In this document: positions 30,580-38,705 of the stretch, one piece after another | Position numbering within the stretch: position 1 is the first letter of the stretch | Layout of the letters: every line of letters begins with the position of its first letter | Source of the DNA: Pseudomonadota bacterium | GTDB taxonomy: Bacteria; Pseudomonadota; Alphaproteobacteria; Rhizobiales; Devosiaceae | Reading direction: 5' to 3' | DNA: 61,591 nucleotides | Assembly: GCA_023436745.1 (NCBI GenBank) | Contig: JAEZHZ010000256.1 | Coordinates: forward strand, 1-61,591 | Program-made: the position numbers and the translations under genes | The notes under the pieces: generated by a model | Databases searched by the model: none | Seen by the model: the letters and a program-made list of their open reading frames with translations, nothing else | Told to the model about the DNA's origin: nothing

Positions 30580-31452
30580 CTACGCATCGAGGTTCTTCCC
30601 CACGGCACGCATCAGGAAGAAGGCGACGATGTTCGCAAGGATAACCGCCACGACGCCGCCGGCCGAACCGGCCCCGATGTCGTTCGACAGGATGCCGGTG
30701 CGGAAGACGAGGAAGGTCAGATTGGTCGACGCATAGCCGGGGCCGCCTCCCGTCGTGACGCGGATCTCCGCGAAGATGCCGAGCAGGAAGATGGTCTGGA
30801 TGAGGATCACGATGGTGATCGCCCGGGCCATGTGCGGCAGGATGATGTACCAGAAGCGGTTGACGGCGTTGGCGCCGTCCATCTCCGCCGCCTCGCGCTG
30901 CTCCTCGGACAGCGATTGCAGCGCCGTCAGCAGGATGAGCGTGGCGAACGGCAGCCACTGCCAGGCGACGATGATGATGATGGAGAACAGCGGGTACTGG
31001 TTGAACCAGTCGACCGGCGTGAGGCCCATCGCCCTCCACAGGTGCCCGAGCACGCCGTAGCCGGGATGCATGAAGCCGTTCTTCCAGACCAGCGCTGCGA
31101 CCGGCGGCATGACGAAGAAGGGGGAGATGACGATGATGCGCAGGATCCCCTGCCCCCAGATCGGCTGGTCAAGCAGCAGCGCGAGGAACGTGCCGCCGAC
31201 CACCGTGATCAGCAGCACGCCGCCCACCAGCAGCAGCGTATTGACCAGCGCCTGGGTGAAGCTCGGATCGCCGATGACATAGAGATAGTTCCCCCATCCG
31301 GCGAAGCCCGTCATCATGGGGTTGAGCAGGTTGTAGTTCTGGAACGAGAACCACAGCGTCATCGCCAGCGGCACGATCATCCAGACCAGCAGCAGGATCA
31401 CGGCCGGCGCCATCATGACGCGGGAGAGGGTGCGGGTCTGCTGCGTTGCCAT
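30580..31452 (-). CDS. smoF: Polyol ABC transporter permease
   Basis: APAVILLLVWMIVPLAMTLWFSF, WQWLPFATLILLTALQSL, EAAEMDGA. Confidence 0.88.
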   Translation of the reverse strand: MATQQTRTLSRVMMAPAVILLLVWMIVPLAMTLWFSFQNYNLLNPMMTGFAGWGNYLYVIGDPSFTQALVNTLLLVGGVLLITVVGGTFLALLLDQPIWGQGILRIIVISPFFVMPPVAALVWKNGFMHPGYGVLGHLWRAMGLTPVDWFNQYPLFSIIIIVAWQWLPFATLILLTALQSLSEEQREAAEMDGANAVNRFWYIILPHMARAITIVILIQTIFLLGIFAEIRVTTGGGPGYASTNLTFLVFRTGILSNDIGAGSAGGVVAVILANIVAFFLMRAVGKNLDA

Positions 31453-31474
31453 GCGAAATCCCCTCGGGCAGGAG

Positions 31475-31577
31475 CCCTGCCCATCCTCCCCCAGCGGGGA
31501 GGGGTTGCCTCGGCGCGGCGGCCCGAACTTGCCACCGGCGCGGTCTTTTGCCTCCCCCGCCGGGGAGGTGGGTGGGG
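31475..31577. repeat. Second RIME/REP-like palindrome pair
   Basis: CCTCCCCCAGCGGGGAGG and CCTCCCCCGCCGGGGAGG-TGGGTGGGG arms, the same architecture as 29589-29699. Confidence 0.6.
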
Positions 31578-31616
31578 ACGCCGAAGCGCCCCCACCCCGT
31601 CTCCGGGAGGAGCCTC

Positions 31617-32927
31617 CTACTTGATGTAGCCGGCGCGGGTCATGTCGCGAGTTGCTGCGTCCTGCGCCTGCGCCAGCGCGTCGTCGGCGCTCATCTGCCC
31701 CGCGAGGGCAGCCGAGAACAGCTGGCCCACATTGGTGGCGATGCCGGCGAACTCGGGTATGGCGACGAACTGCACGCCGGTGTAGGGCACCGGATCAACC
31801 GTCGGCTCCGCCGGATTGGCGGCGTTGATCGAGTCGAGGGTCATCTGGGCGAACGGAGCCGCCGCCTGATATTCCGGGTTTTCGTAGAGCGAGGTGCGGG
31901 TGCCCGGAGGCACGTTGGCCCAGCCCTCGTTCTCGGCCACCAGCGCCAGATAGTCCTTGCTGGTTGCCCAGTTGATGAACTGCTCGGCCGCTTCCTTGTT
32001 CTGTGACGAGTTCGGGATGGCAAGCGACCACGCCCACAGCCAGTTGCCGCGCTTGCCGAGCCCGGTGTCCGGCGCCAGCGCGAAGCCGACCTTGTCGGCG
32101 ACGGTGGAGTCGTCGGGGTTGGTCACGAACGAGGCTGCCACTGTGGCATCGATCCACATGCCACACTTGCCCTGCTGGAACAGGGTGAGGTTCTCGTTGA
32201 AGCCGTTGGACGAGGCGCCGGACGGCCCGGCGTCTGCCATCAGCGACAGGTAGGTATCGAGCGTTTCCTTCCACTGAGGCGAATCGAACTGCGGCACCCA
32301 GTTCTCGTCGAACCAGCGCGCGCCGAACGAGTTCGACATGGCCGTCAGGAATGCCATGTTCTCGCCCCAGCCGGCCTTGCCCCGCAGGCAGATGCCGTTG
32401 ATGTCGTTGTCGCGGTCGGTCATGGCGCGGGCCGCCTCGCCGATGAACTCCCAGGTGGGCTCGGCCGGCATTTCGAGCCCCGCCTCTTCCATCAGGTCGG
32501 TGCGGTACATGATGAAGCTGGACTCGCCATAGAACGGCGCGGCGTAGAGCTTGCCTTCGTAGCTCAGCCCCTCGCGGATAGGCGGCAGGATGTCGTCGAC
32601 ATCGTAGTCGGGATCGGCGGCAAGCGCGTCGAGCGGAGCAAGCCAACCCTGGCGCGCCCAGATCGGGGCCTCATAGGTGCCGATGGTCATGATGTCGTAC
32701 TGGCCACCATTGGTGGCGATGTCGGTAGTGACGTTCTGGCGGAGCGTGTTTTCCTCCAGCACCACCCAGTTGAGCGCAATGCCGGTTTCGTCGGTGAACT
32801 GGTTCGACAGCCCCTGCATGCGGACCATGTCGCCATTGTTGACGGTGGCGATGGTGAGCGTCTGGGCCGAAGCGGAACCCGCGAGCGCAAGGCTGAGCGC
32901 GCCCACGATAATGGGTGTGAGTTTCAT
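31617..32927 (-). CDS. smoE: Sorbitol/mannitol ABC transporter substrate-binding protein
   Basis: Signal peptide; TIATVNNGDMVRMQ, LEENTLRQNVTTDIAT, CLRGKAGWGEN, PYTGVQFVAIPEF. Confidence 0.9.
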   Translation of the reverse strand: MKLTPIIVGALSLALAGSASAQTLTIATVNNGDMVRMQGLSNQFTDETGIALNWVVLEENTLRQNVTTDIATNGGQYDIMTIGTYEAPIWARQGWLAPLDALAADPDYDVDDILPPIREGLSYEGKLYAAPFYGESSFIMYRTDLMEEAGLEMPAEPTWEFIGEAARAMTDRDNDINGICLRGKAGWGENMAFLTAMSNSFGARWFDENWVPQFDSPQWKETLDTYLSLMADAGPSGASSNGFNENLTLFQQGKCGMWIDATVAASFVTNPDDSTVADKVGFALAPDTGLGKRGNWLWAWSLAIPNSSQNKEAAEQFINWATSKDYLALVAENEGWANVPPGTRTSLYENPEYQAAAPFAQMTLDSINAANPAEPTVDPVPYTGVQFVAIPEFAGIATNVGQLFSAALAGQMSADDALAQAQDAATRDMTRAGYIK

Positions 32928-32948
32928 CGATTTCCTCCCAAGCCGAAG

Positions 32949-33048
32949 CGAGCAATTGCTTCAGTCTTGGGCAAATGTTCACGTCTTCCACAGCGAAGTC
33001 AAGCGGGCCGCTCCGGCAGGAGCCCCGCATGTCTTGGCTATATGCCCG
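32949..33048. promoter_or_regulatory. Candidate SorC/SmoC-family operators upstream of smoE
   Basis: Related quasi-palindromes TGGGCAAATGTTCA (32968-32981), TGGCTATATGCCCG (33035-33048) and CGAGCAATTGCTTC (32949-32962). Confidence 0.5.
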
Positions 33049-33064
33049 AGGTTGTGGCGAAAGC

Positions 33065-34021
33065 TCAGCCGGACAGAAGGGCTTCCGCAGTCTGTTCGTC
33101 GGTGATCAGCCCGTTGGCGAGCCGGCGATTCACGACGGCGCGGATGCCGGGCAGTTTCTTGCGCCCCTTGGCAATGACCACCACCAGGGACGACTCGCGC
33201 GAGGGAATCGGAGCCGAGGCGACCCGCTCATTGGTCTGCCCCTCTATCAGCCGGCCATCGGCGTCGAACGCCCAGCCACAGACTTCACCCACGGCACCGG
33301 CCTTCTGCAGCGCCTTGAGTTCGGCCTCGCTGATGAAGCCATCAAGGAACAAGGGCGCTTCCGGGCCCATTTCACCGACGCCGATGAACGTCACGTCGGC
33401 CCGGGCGGCGAGCGCCAGCGTCTGCTGGACCATGGGCTGGGCGTGGAGCAGTTCGCGCTCGCGGGCGGACGAGGCGATCACCGGCATGGGCATCGGGAAA
33501 CTGCGGGCCTTAACGCTGTCGGCGATGTTGAAAATGACGTTGTAGTAGGCGGCCGACCCGTCCGGCGCGATGTTGCCGGTCAAGGACACCACCTTGTGGT
33601 GCGGGCACTCCATCGGCATCAGTTGTTCCACGGCCGCCTTCAGAGTGCGCCCGGTGCCGATGGCCATGACCATGGGCTCGGCGCGCTTCAGCCAGCGTTC
33701 GATCTCGGCTGCACCAGCCTCGGCGACTCCGATGGTGGTCGAGGCGCTGGCAGGGTCCGACGGCACCACCTCGACGAGGTCAAGCGCGTAGCGCGACTTG
33801 AGTCGCGCCGCCAGGTCCATGCAGCGTCCGATGGGGTGGTCGAGCCTCACCTTGATCAGCCCCTCGCTCACCGACAGCGACACCAGCCGCTGCGCCGACT
33901 GTCGCGAAATGCCGAGCTTGGCGGCGATCTCCTCCTGGGTATTGCCTGCCACATAGTAGAGCCAGCCGGCGCGCGCCGCGTCGTCCAGGCGGCTCGTTGG
34001 GTTATCCGTCTTCTGCGCCAT
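33065..34021 (-). CDS. smoC: SorC/DeoR-type sugar-binding transcriptional regulator
   Basis: ARAGWLYYVAGNTQEEIAAKLGISRQSAQRLVS HTH, GTGRTL, GLITDEQTA. Confidence 0.88.
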   Translation of the reverse strand: MAQKTDNPTSRLDDAARAGWLYYVAGNTQEEIAAKLGISRQSAQRLVSLSVSEGLIKVRLDHPIGRCMDLAARLKSRYALDLVEVVPSDPASASTTIGVAEAGAAEIERWLKRAEPMVMAIGTGRTLKAAVEQLMPMECPHHKVVSLTGNIAPDGSAAYYNVIFNIADSVKARSFPMPMPVIASSARERELLHAQPMVQQTLALAARADVTFIGVGEMGPEAPLFLDGFISEAELKALQKAGAVGEVCGWAFDADGRLIEGQTNERVASAPIPSRESSLVVVIAKGRKKLPGIRAVVNRRLANGLITDEQTAEALLSG

Positions 34022-34098
34022 AGATGGTCCTGCGGTTTGGGGCGGATTATTCGGCCAGCGATCTTCCGCGCGCAAGTCCCGGCGTTCGATGCGCGCCC

Positions 34099-34112
34099 TT
34101 GACCCAGATCAA
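34099..34112. promoter_or_regulatory. FNR/FixK box upstream of the hemerythrin gene
   Basis: TTGACCCAGATCAA matches TTGA-N6-TCAA. Confidence 0.75.
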
Positions 34113-34205
34113 GGCAGGCTCGCCCGGCATGGCGCCTATTCCGGTCAGCTCCGATGGACCCGCCAGACAGACGATGGCAGCCGACCAGGAGGGAGGATGC
34201 AACCG

Positions 34206-34676
34206 ATGCCCACTGCCGATGAAGCCCGCCACATGACGGAAAACCACGACTGCCTGATTGCCGTCTGCGACGCGCTGGAGGCGGTGGCGGACAGCCTGCC
34301 GCACAATGTCGACCGCCAGCAATGCCTGCTGCTGTCCCGCGCGCTGGGGCCGCTGCTCTACCGGGCACAGGAACTGGAGGAAACACAAGTGTTTCCGACC
34401 CTGCTGCGCCTCAACCGGCCCCGACTGGACATTGCCGGCACCATCGACCGGCTGCGCATCGAGCATCAGATCGACCTCTGCTACGCCGAGGAGGTGCAGG
34501 AGATGCTCAAGTCCTATGGCGAGGGACGGCAGGACATCGCGCCCGACGCGGCCGGCTTCATGCTGCGCGGCTTCTTCGAGTGCCTGAGGCGCCACATCGC
34601 CTTCGAGCAGGAACTGCTGGCGCCGCTGCTGGAGCTGGCCGTCCGCGGCAAGCCCGCCGCAATGGCGCTCAACTGA
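34206..34676 (+). CDS. Hemerythrin/HHE-domain protein (alternative start 34197)
   Basis: GGAGGGAGG RBS; HDCLIAVCDALEAVADSLP, EETQVFP, RLRIEHQID, LRRHIAFEQE. Confidence 0.8.
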   Translation: MPTADEARHMTENHDCLIAVCDALEAVADSLPHNVDRQQCLLLSRALGPLLYRAQELEETQVFPTLLRLNRPRLDIAGTIDRLRIEHQIDLCYAEEVQEMLKSYGEGRQDIAPDAAGFMLRGFFECLRRHIAFEQELLAPLLELAVRGKPAAMALN

Positions 34677-34679
34677 GCC

Positions 34680-35408
34680 TCAGCCGCAGAGCGCCTCGAG
34701 CCGGTCGAGATCGGGAACGTCGACAGTGCGGTTGTTGGTGACCTGAATCACCCCCATCTGCCGCAGCTTGGTCATCTGCCGCGACACCGTCTCGATGGTG
34801 AGGCCGAGGAAATCGGCGATGTCGAGCCGGCTGAGCGGCAGTTCGAACCGGGCCCCGCCCGCCACGACGTCCGATTCGGGATCGGTGTGGGTGGCGATCA
34901 GGTGCAGGAAGCTCGCGACCTTCTCGAGCGCCGTCTTGCGGCCGAGCGTCACCATCCAGGTGCGCGCCTCGTCGAGTTCGCGCAGGGTCTGCTGCATGAG
35001 CTTGTGCTCGAGGGCCGGGCTCTTCGCGATGAGCTGCTCGAGGGTCGCCTTGGGCACCACGCACAGGTCGACCGAACTCGCAGCCTCGGCGGTCACCGAA
35101 CTCTCCTGCCCGAACAGCCGGCCGAGGAAATCCGGGGCGAACTGCAGGCCCACCAGCTGCTGGCGGCCATCCTCGAGCACCTTGGACAGCTTGACCACGC
35201 CACGCATGACGTTGGCGTAGGAATGGATTTCGGTGCTGTCGCCGATGAGCTCGGTACCGGGCTGGTGCCGCGCCTTGTGGGTGTTGCGGGCCAGCTCCAC
35301 CAGTTGCTCGGGCTCGAGCACACCGCACATGCCGCGATGCCGCGCCTCGCAACTGCGGCACAGAACCGGCACCTCGGAGTTGTGGATGTCTTGGCGGTCG
35401 GATGCCAT
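34680..35408 (-). CDS. fnrN: Crp/Fnr-family O2-sensing regulator, FnrN-like
   Basis: N-terminal CRSCEARHRGMC plus central VDLC cysteines; LGRKTALEKVASFL; IADFLGLTIETVSR recognition helix. Confidence 0.88.
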   Translation of the reverse strand: MASDRQDIHNSEVPVLCRSCEARHRGMCGVLEPEQLVELARNTHKARHQPGTELIGDSTEIHSYANVMRGVVKLSKVLEDGRQQLVGLQFAPDFLGRLFGQESSVTAEAASSVDLCVVPKATLEQLIAKSPALEHKLMQQTLRELDEARTWMVTLGRKTALEKVASFLHLIATHTDPESDVVAGGARFELPLSRLDIADFLGLTIETVSRQMTKLRQMGVIQVTNNRTVDVPDLDRLEALCG

Positions 35409-35448
35409 GTCGGCCCTCTTTGGCGCACCTTAGCCCGCCGGCGCGGCA

Positions 35449-35462
35449 TTGCCAGTGGTCAA
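35449..35462. promoter_or_regulatory. Near-consensus FNR box upstream of fnrN (possible autoregulation)
   Basis: Minus strand TTGACCACTGGCAA (TTGA-N6-GCAA), 41 nt upstream of the fnrN start. Confidence 0.55.
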
Positions 35463-35535
35463 AGCGCCGCTGCAGCTTTTGCTTGCGTGGCTCAACAAAC
35501 GCAAATATTGCGGGATGGGAGGGGACCAAGAGATC

Positions 35536-36543
35536 ATGCCGCCGACCAAGAGGGCCAGCCAGGCCGACATTGCTGCCAAGCTCGGGGTTTCGGTGAGCAC
35601 GGTGTCGCGGGCGCTCGCCAACGAGATCGGCATCAGCGACGCGGTTCGGCGCGAGGTGCAGCAGGTGGCGCGGGCGCTCGGCTACAAGAGCAAGCACCCG
35701 CCGCTGGCCGGCAGGCTCGACAAGCGGGCGCTCGCCTTCGTGCCGCTCAACAGCGCCATGGGCAGCCTTGCAAGCTTCTACCACGGCATCGTCGAAGGCA
35801 TGCGCAGCCAGGCCGCGCTATCCGGCATTGCGCTGGACGTGAGGCTCGTGAACGAGGACATGGTGACGCTCGACTTCGTGCGCCGGCACATGGCCAAGGC
35901 CTCCGCCGACGCGCTGGTCCTTGCCGGCATCGACCCGGCGGAGGACCTCGTGGACTGGGCCTTCGAGGCGGGGATCGCCATCGTGCTCGCCAATGGCAGC
36001 GACCCGCAGATGCGCTTCAGCAGCGTTTCGCCGGCGAATTTCTACGGCGCCTACATGGCAACGCGCCACCTGCTGGACCACGGCCACCGCAAGATCCTGC
36101 ACTACACCTACCACCACCGCCCGACCATCCGGCAGCGCCGGCGCGGCTTCGAGGCCGCCATCGCCGACTGCCCGGGCGCCGAGGGCACGCTGGTCATCTC
36201 CAACGAGCATTCGAGCCGGGAGCTGCTGGCGGACCTGATGGCCGGCAAGTACGAGGTCACGGCCGTGTTCTGCTGGAACGACGGCGTCGCTGTCACCATG
36301 GTGGAAACCCTGCTCGGGCCTGACTCCCCGATGCCGAAAGGGTTCTCGCTCGTCGGCTTCGACGACCTGCCGATTGCGGGCATCGCCAGCCCGCGCCTCA
36401 GCACCGTGCGGGTGGACCGCGAGGCGATCGGGCGCGGCGTCATAAGGCTGCTGGCGAACCAGCTCGACGGCGACGCAGCGGTGCAGCAACTCGAGATCGG
36501 GCTGACCCTGGTGGAAGGCGAAACCGTCCACGCGATCGGCTGA
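35536..36543 (+). CDS. LacI-family transcriptional regulator
   Basis: SQADIAAKLGVSVSTVSRAL, HLLDHGHRKI, SLVGFDDL, PRLSTVRVD. Confidence 0.92.
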   Translation: MPPTKRASQADIAAKLGVSVSTVSRALANEIGISDAVRREVQQVARALGYKSKHPPLAGRLDKRALAFVPLNSAMGSLASFYHGIVEGMRSQAALSGIALDVRLVNEDMVTLDFVRRHMAKASADALVLAGIDPAEDLVDWAFEAGIAIVLANGSDPQMRFSSVSPANFYGAYMATRHLLDHGHRKILHYTYHHRPTIRQRRRGFEAAIADCPGAEGTLVISNEHSSRELLADLMAGKYEVTAVFCWNDGVAVTMVETLLGPDSPMPKGFSLVGFDDLPIAGIASPRLSTVRVDREAIGRGVIRLLANQLDGDAAVQQLEIGLTLVEGETVHAIG

Positions 36544-36623
36544 GCCCGCACTTTTCTTACCGCCCCTGTGAATAACCGCCGTCAGGCAGCGTGCCTTCGC
36601 ATGCCTATCTCGCGGCTGCATCA

Positions 36624-36705
36624 ATGCAAATCCAGCAACTTTGCGTAATTTGCGTGAATTGCGCAAAAACCTTGAATTTGCACTGCAAGGTGCATTAGTC
36701 TGCAG
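36624..36705 (+). promoter_or_regulatory. AT-rich promoter/operator region with three 9-bp tandem repeats
   Basis: TTGCGTAAT-TTGCGTGAA-TTGCGCAAA (36641-36667) and several TGCA motifs upstream of the glycan operon. Confidence 0.55.
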
Positions 36706-36773
36706 TGAAATGACGGCTTTTCGGCAAGAACGGGTTGCGTTCCGTTACCGCAAGGAGCCGCAGGGAGGAATAG

Positions 36774-38600
36774 GTGACTCTTCGGCGGTGGAACATCAGG
36801 CACGTCGAGTCGGTGCTTGCCGCCGCCCCCGCCTTTGCACCATTTCCCCGCAGCGGCACGGCCGAAGTCGAAACGCTGAAGCAGCGCGTCGGCGCGAGGC
36901 CCCTGGGTGACCTTCTGGCTACAGCTGCACGCGACGCATCGAGCCCCATCCCTGCCCTGCCAGCCAGCCTCTACCACGAGTTCCGCGAAACGGGCGGGCG
37001 CGAGGGCTACGAGGACGCCCAGCGCGACCGCCGCAACATGCTCTACCGGCTGGTGATGGCCGAATGGCTCGAGGGGCGTGGCCGGTTCGCCCCGGCCATC
37101 GAGGACCTCACCTGGGCCCGGCTCGAAGAGACCAACTGGGCATGGCCGGCGCATGCCGGCGACCTCGACCCTCCGGATCGGCCCACGGTCGACCTCGCGG
37201 CGGCCATGACCGCGCTCGACATGGCGGAGCTCGACTACCTGGTCGGAGAGCGGTTGCCGCCCAATCTCAGGGCACGGCTGCGCGCCGAGGTGGAGCGACG
37301 GGTCGTCAGACCCTTCCTCGAGCGCTCCGATCACTGGTGGCTCCACACGACGCCGGAAAAGCAGGTGAGCAACTGGACGGCCGTATGCGTTGCCGGCGCC
37401 GTCGGTGCCGCACTCTACCTCGAAGCCGACACGGCGCGGCTGGCGGCGATCGTCACGCGTGGGCTGCACAGCCTCGCCGACTACCTCGATACGTTCGATC
37501 CGCAGGGTGGCTCGTCCGAGGGGCCGGACTACTGGACCTACGGCTTTGGCAATTATGCGGTGCTGGCCGACCTGCTGCACCAGCGCAGCGGCGGCGCCAT
37601 CGACCTGCTGGCCGGGGACACCCTGCGCGACATCGCGAGCTTCCCCATCCGAACCATGCTGGCACCGGGAGTGTGGGCGAGCTTTTCGGACTCAGACAGT
37701 AATCCGGTGTTCCACCCCTCGCTGCTGACGCTGCTGGCCCGGCACATGAACCTGCCAGATCTGCTGGGGCTCGGCATGCGCAACGACTTCACGGTGGCGA
37801 ACTTCAACCAGTTCGCCTGGCCGCTGCGCCAGTTTGCCTGGCCGTTGCCCGAGGATCCTGCCCCCGTACGGCTCGCGCCGCACGACTGGTATGACGAGAT
37901 GGGCTGGATGATCAGCCGGCTCGACCCCGACGATCCTGCATCGCTGCGCCTCGCCGCCAAGGGCGGGCATAACGACGAAATGCACAACCAGAACGACGTC
38001 GGCTCCTTCATGGTGGTGGCGGGCGGCGCGGTGGTGCTGACCGATCCCGGCCGCGGGCGCTATTCGAAGAGCTATTTCGGTCCCGAACGATATGGAAACC
38101 TGATGGCTTCCTCGCGCGGGCACTCGGTCCCGGTGGTCAACGGCCACGAACAGGCGGAGGGGCGCGAGCATTCGGCGCGGGTCCTCCATCACTCCCATGC
38201 GAAGGACGCCGACCGGCTCGAACTCGATATGGCCGCCGCCTACCCGGCAGCAGCCGGGATCGCGCGCCTCGAACGCCGTCTCACCTTCGACCGTACGGTT
38301 CCGGGCGGGCGGGTGCTGGTCGATGACAGCTACGGCTTTGCGGGCGGGGACGGCGAGTTCCAGTCGGTGCTGGTGACGCCACTCGATGTCACCACCGGCA
38401 ACGGCACGGTCGAAATCGGGGAGACCGGGGCCGGCGTGCGTGTCGAGTACGACGCCGCCGGAATAGCGGTCGCCCTCGACCGGCACGAGCAGGTGGAAAA
38501 GCAGTACCAGCCAGCAGTCGATCTCACGCGCGTCGTGTTCACGCCCCGGCACCAGAGCCGGGAGGGACGCGTCGCGCTCGCCATCTCACCGCTCGGCTGA
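36774..38600 (+). CDS. Heparinase II/III-like protein
   Basis: GGAGGAA RBS and GTG start; WAWPAH, SNWTAVC, EGPDYWTYG, KGGHNDEMHNQNDVGSF, HSVPVVNG; no signal peptide. Confidence 0.82.
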   Translation: MTLRRWNIRHVESVLAAAPAFAPFPRSGTAEVETLKQRVGARPLGDLLATAARDASSPIPALPASLYHEFRETGGREGYEDAQRDRRNMLYRLVMAEWLEGRGRFAPAIEDLTWARLEETNWAWPAHAGDLDPPDRPTVDLAAAMTALDMAELDYLVGERLPPNLRARLRAEVERRVVRPFLERSDHWWLHTTPEKQVSNWTAVCVAGAVGAALYLEADTARLAAIVTRGLHSLADYLDTFDPQGGSSEGPDYWTYGFGNYAVLADLLHQRSGGAIDLLAGDTLRDIASFPIRTMLAPGVWASFSDSDSNPVFHPSLLTLLARHMNLPDLLGLGMRNDFTVANFNQFAWPLRQFAWPLPEDPAPVRLAPHDWYDEMGWMISRLDPDDPASLRLAAKGGHNDEMHNQNDVGSFMVVAGGAVVLTDPGRGRYSKSYFGPERYGNLMASSRGHSVPVVNGHEQAEGREHSARVLHHSHAKDADRLELDMAAAYPAAAGIARLERRLTFDRTVPGGRVLVDDSYGFAGGDGEFQSVLVTPLDVTTGNGTVEIGETGAGVRVEYDAAGIAVALDRHEQVEKQYQPAVDLTRVVFTPRHQSREGRVALAISPLG

Positions 38601-38705
38601 GCGGGAGCGGCCTCCGAGGAGGAGGCGCATCGTCGTGGCTCCGGCAACGTCCGGCGGCCGGATTTTGACCTCCGGGGCATCGCCCCCGGACAAGGGAGGA
38701 CGAGA

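Noticed and set aside
29589..31600. GC palindromes considered as CRISPR repeats or IS ends
   Set aside because: There are no regularly spaced identical repeats with spacers, and no cas or transposase genes; they fit REP/RIME-like elements
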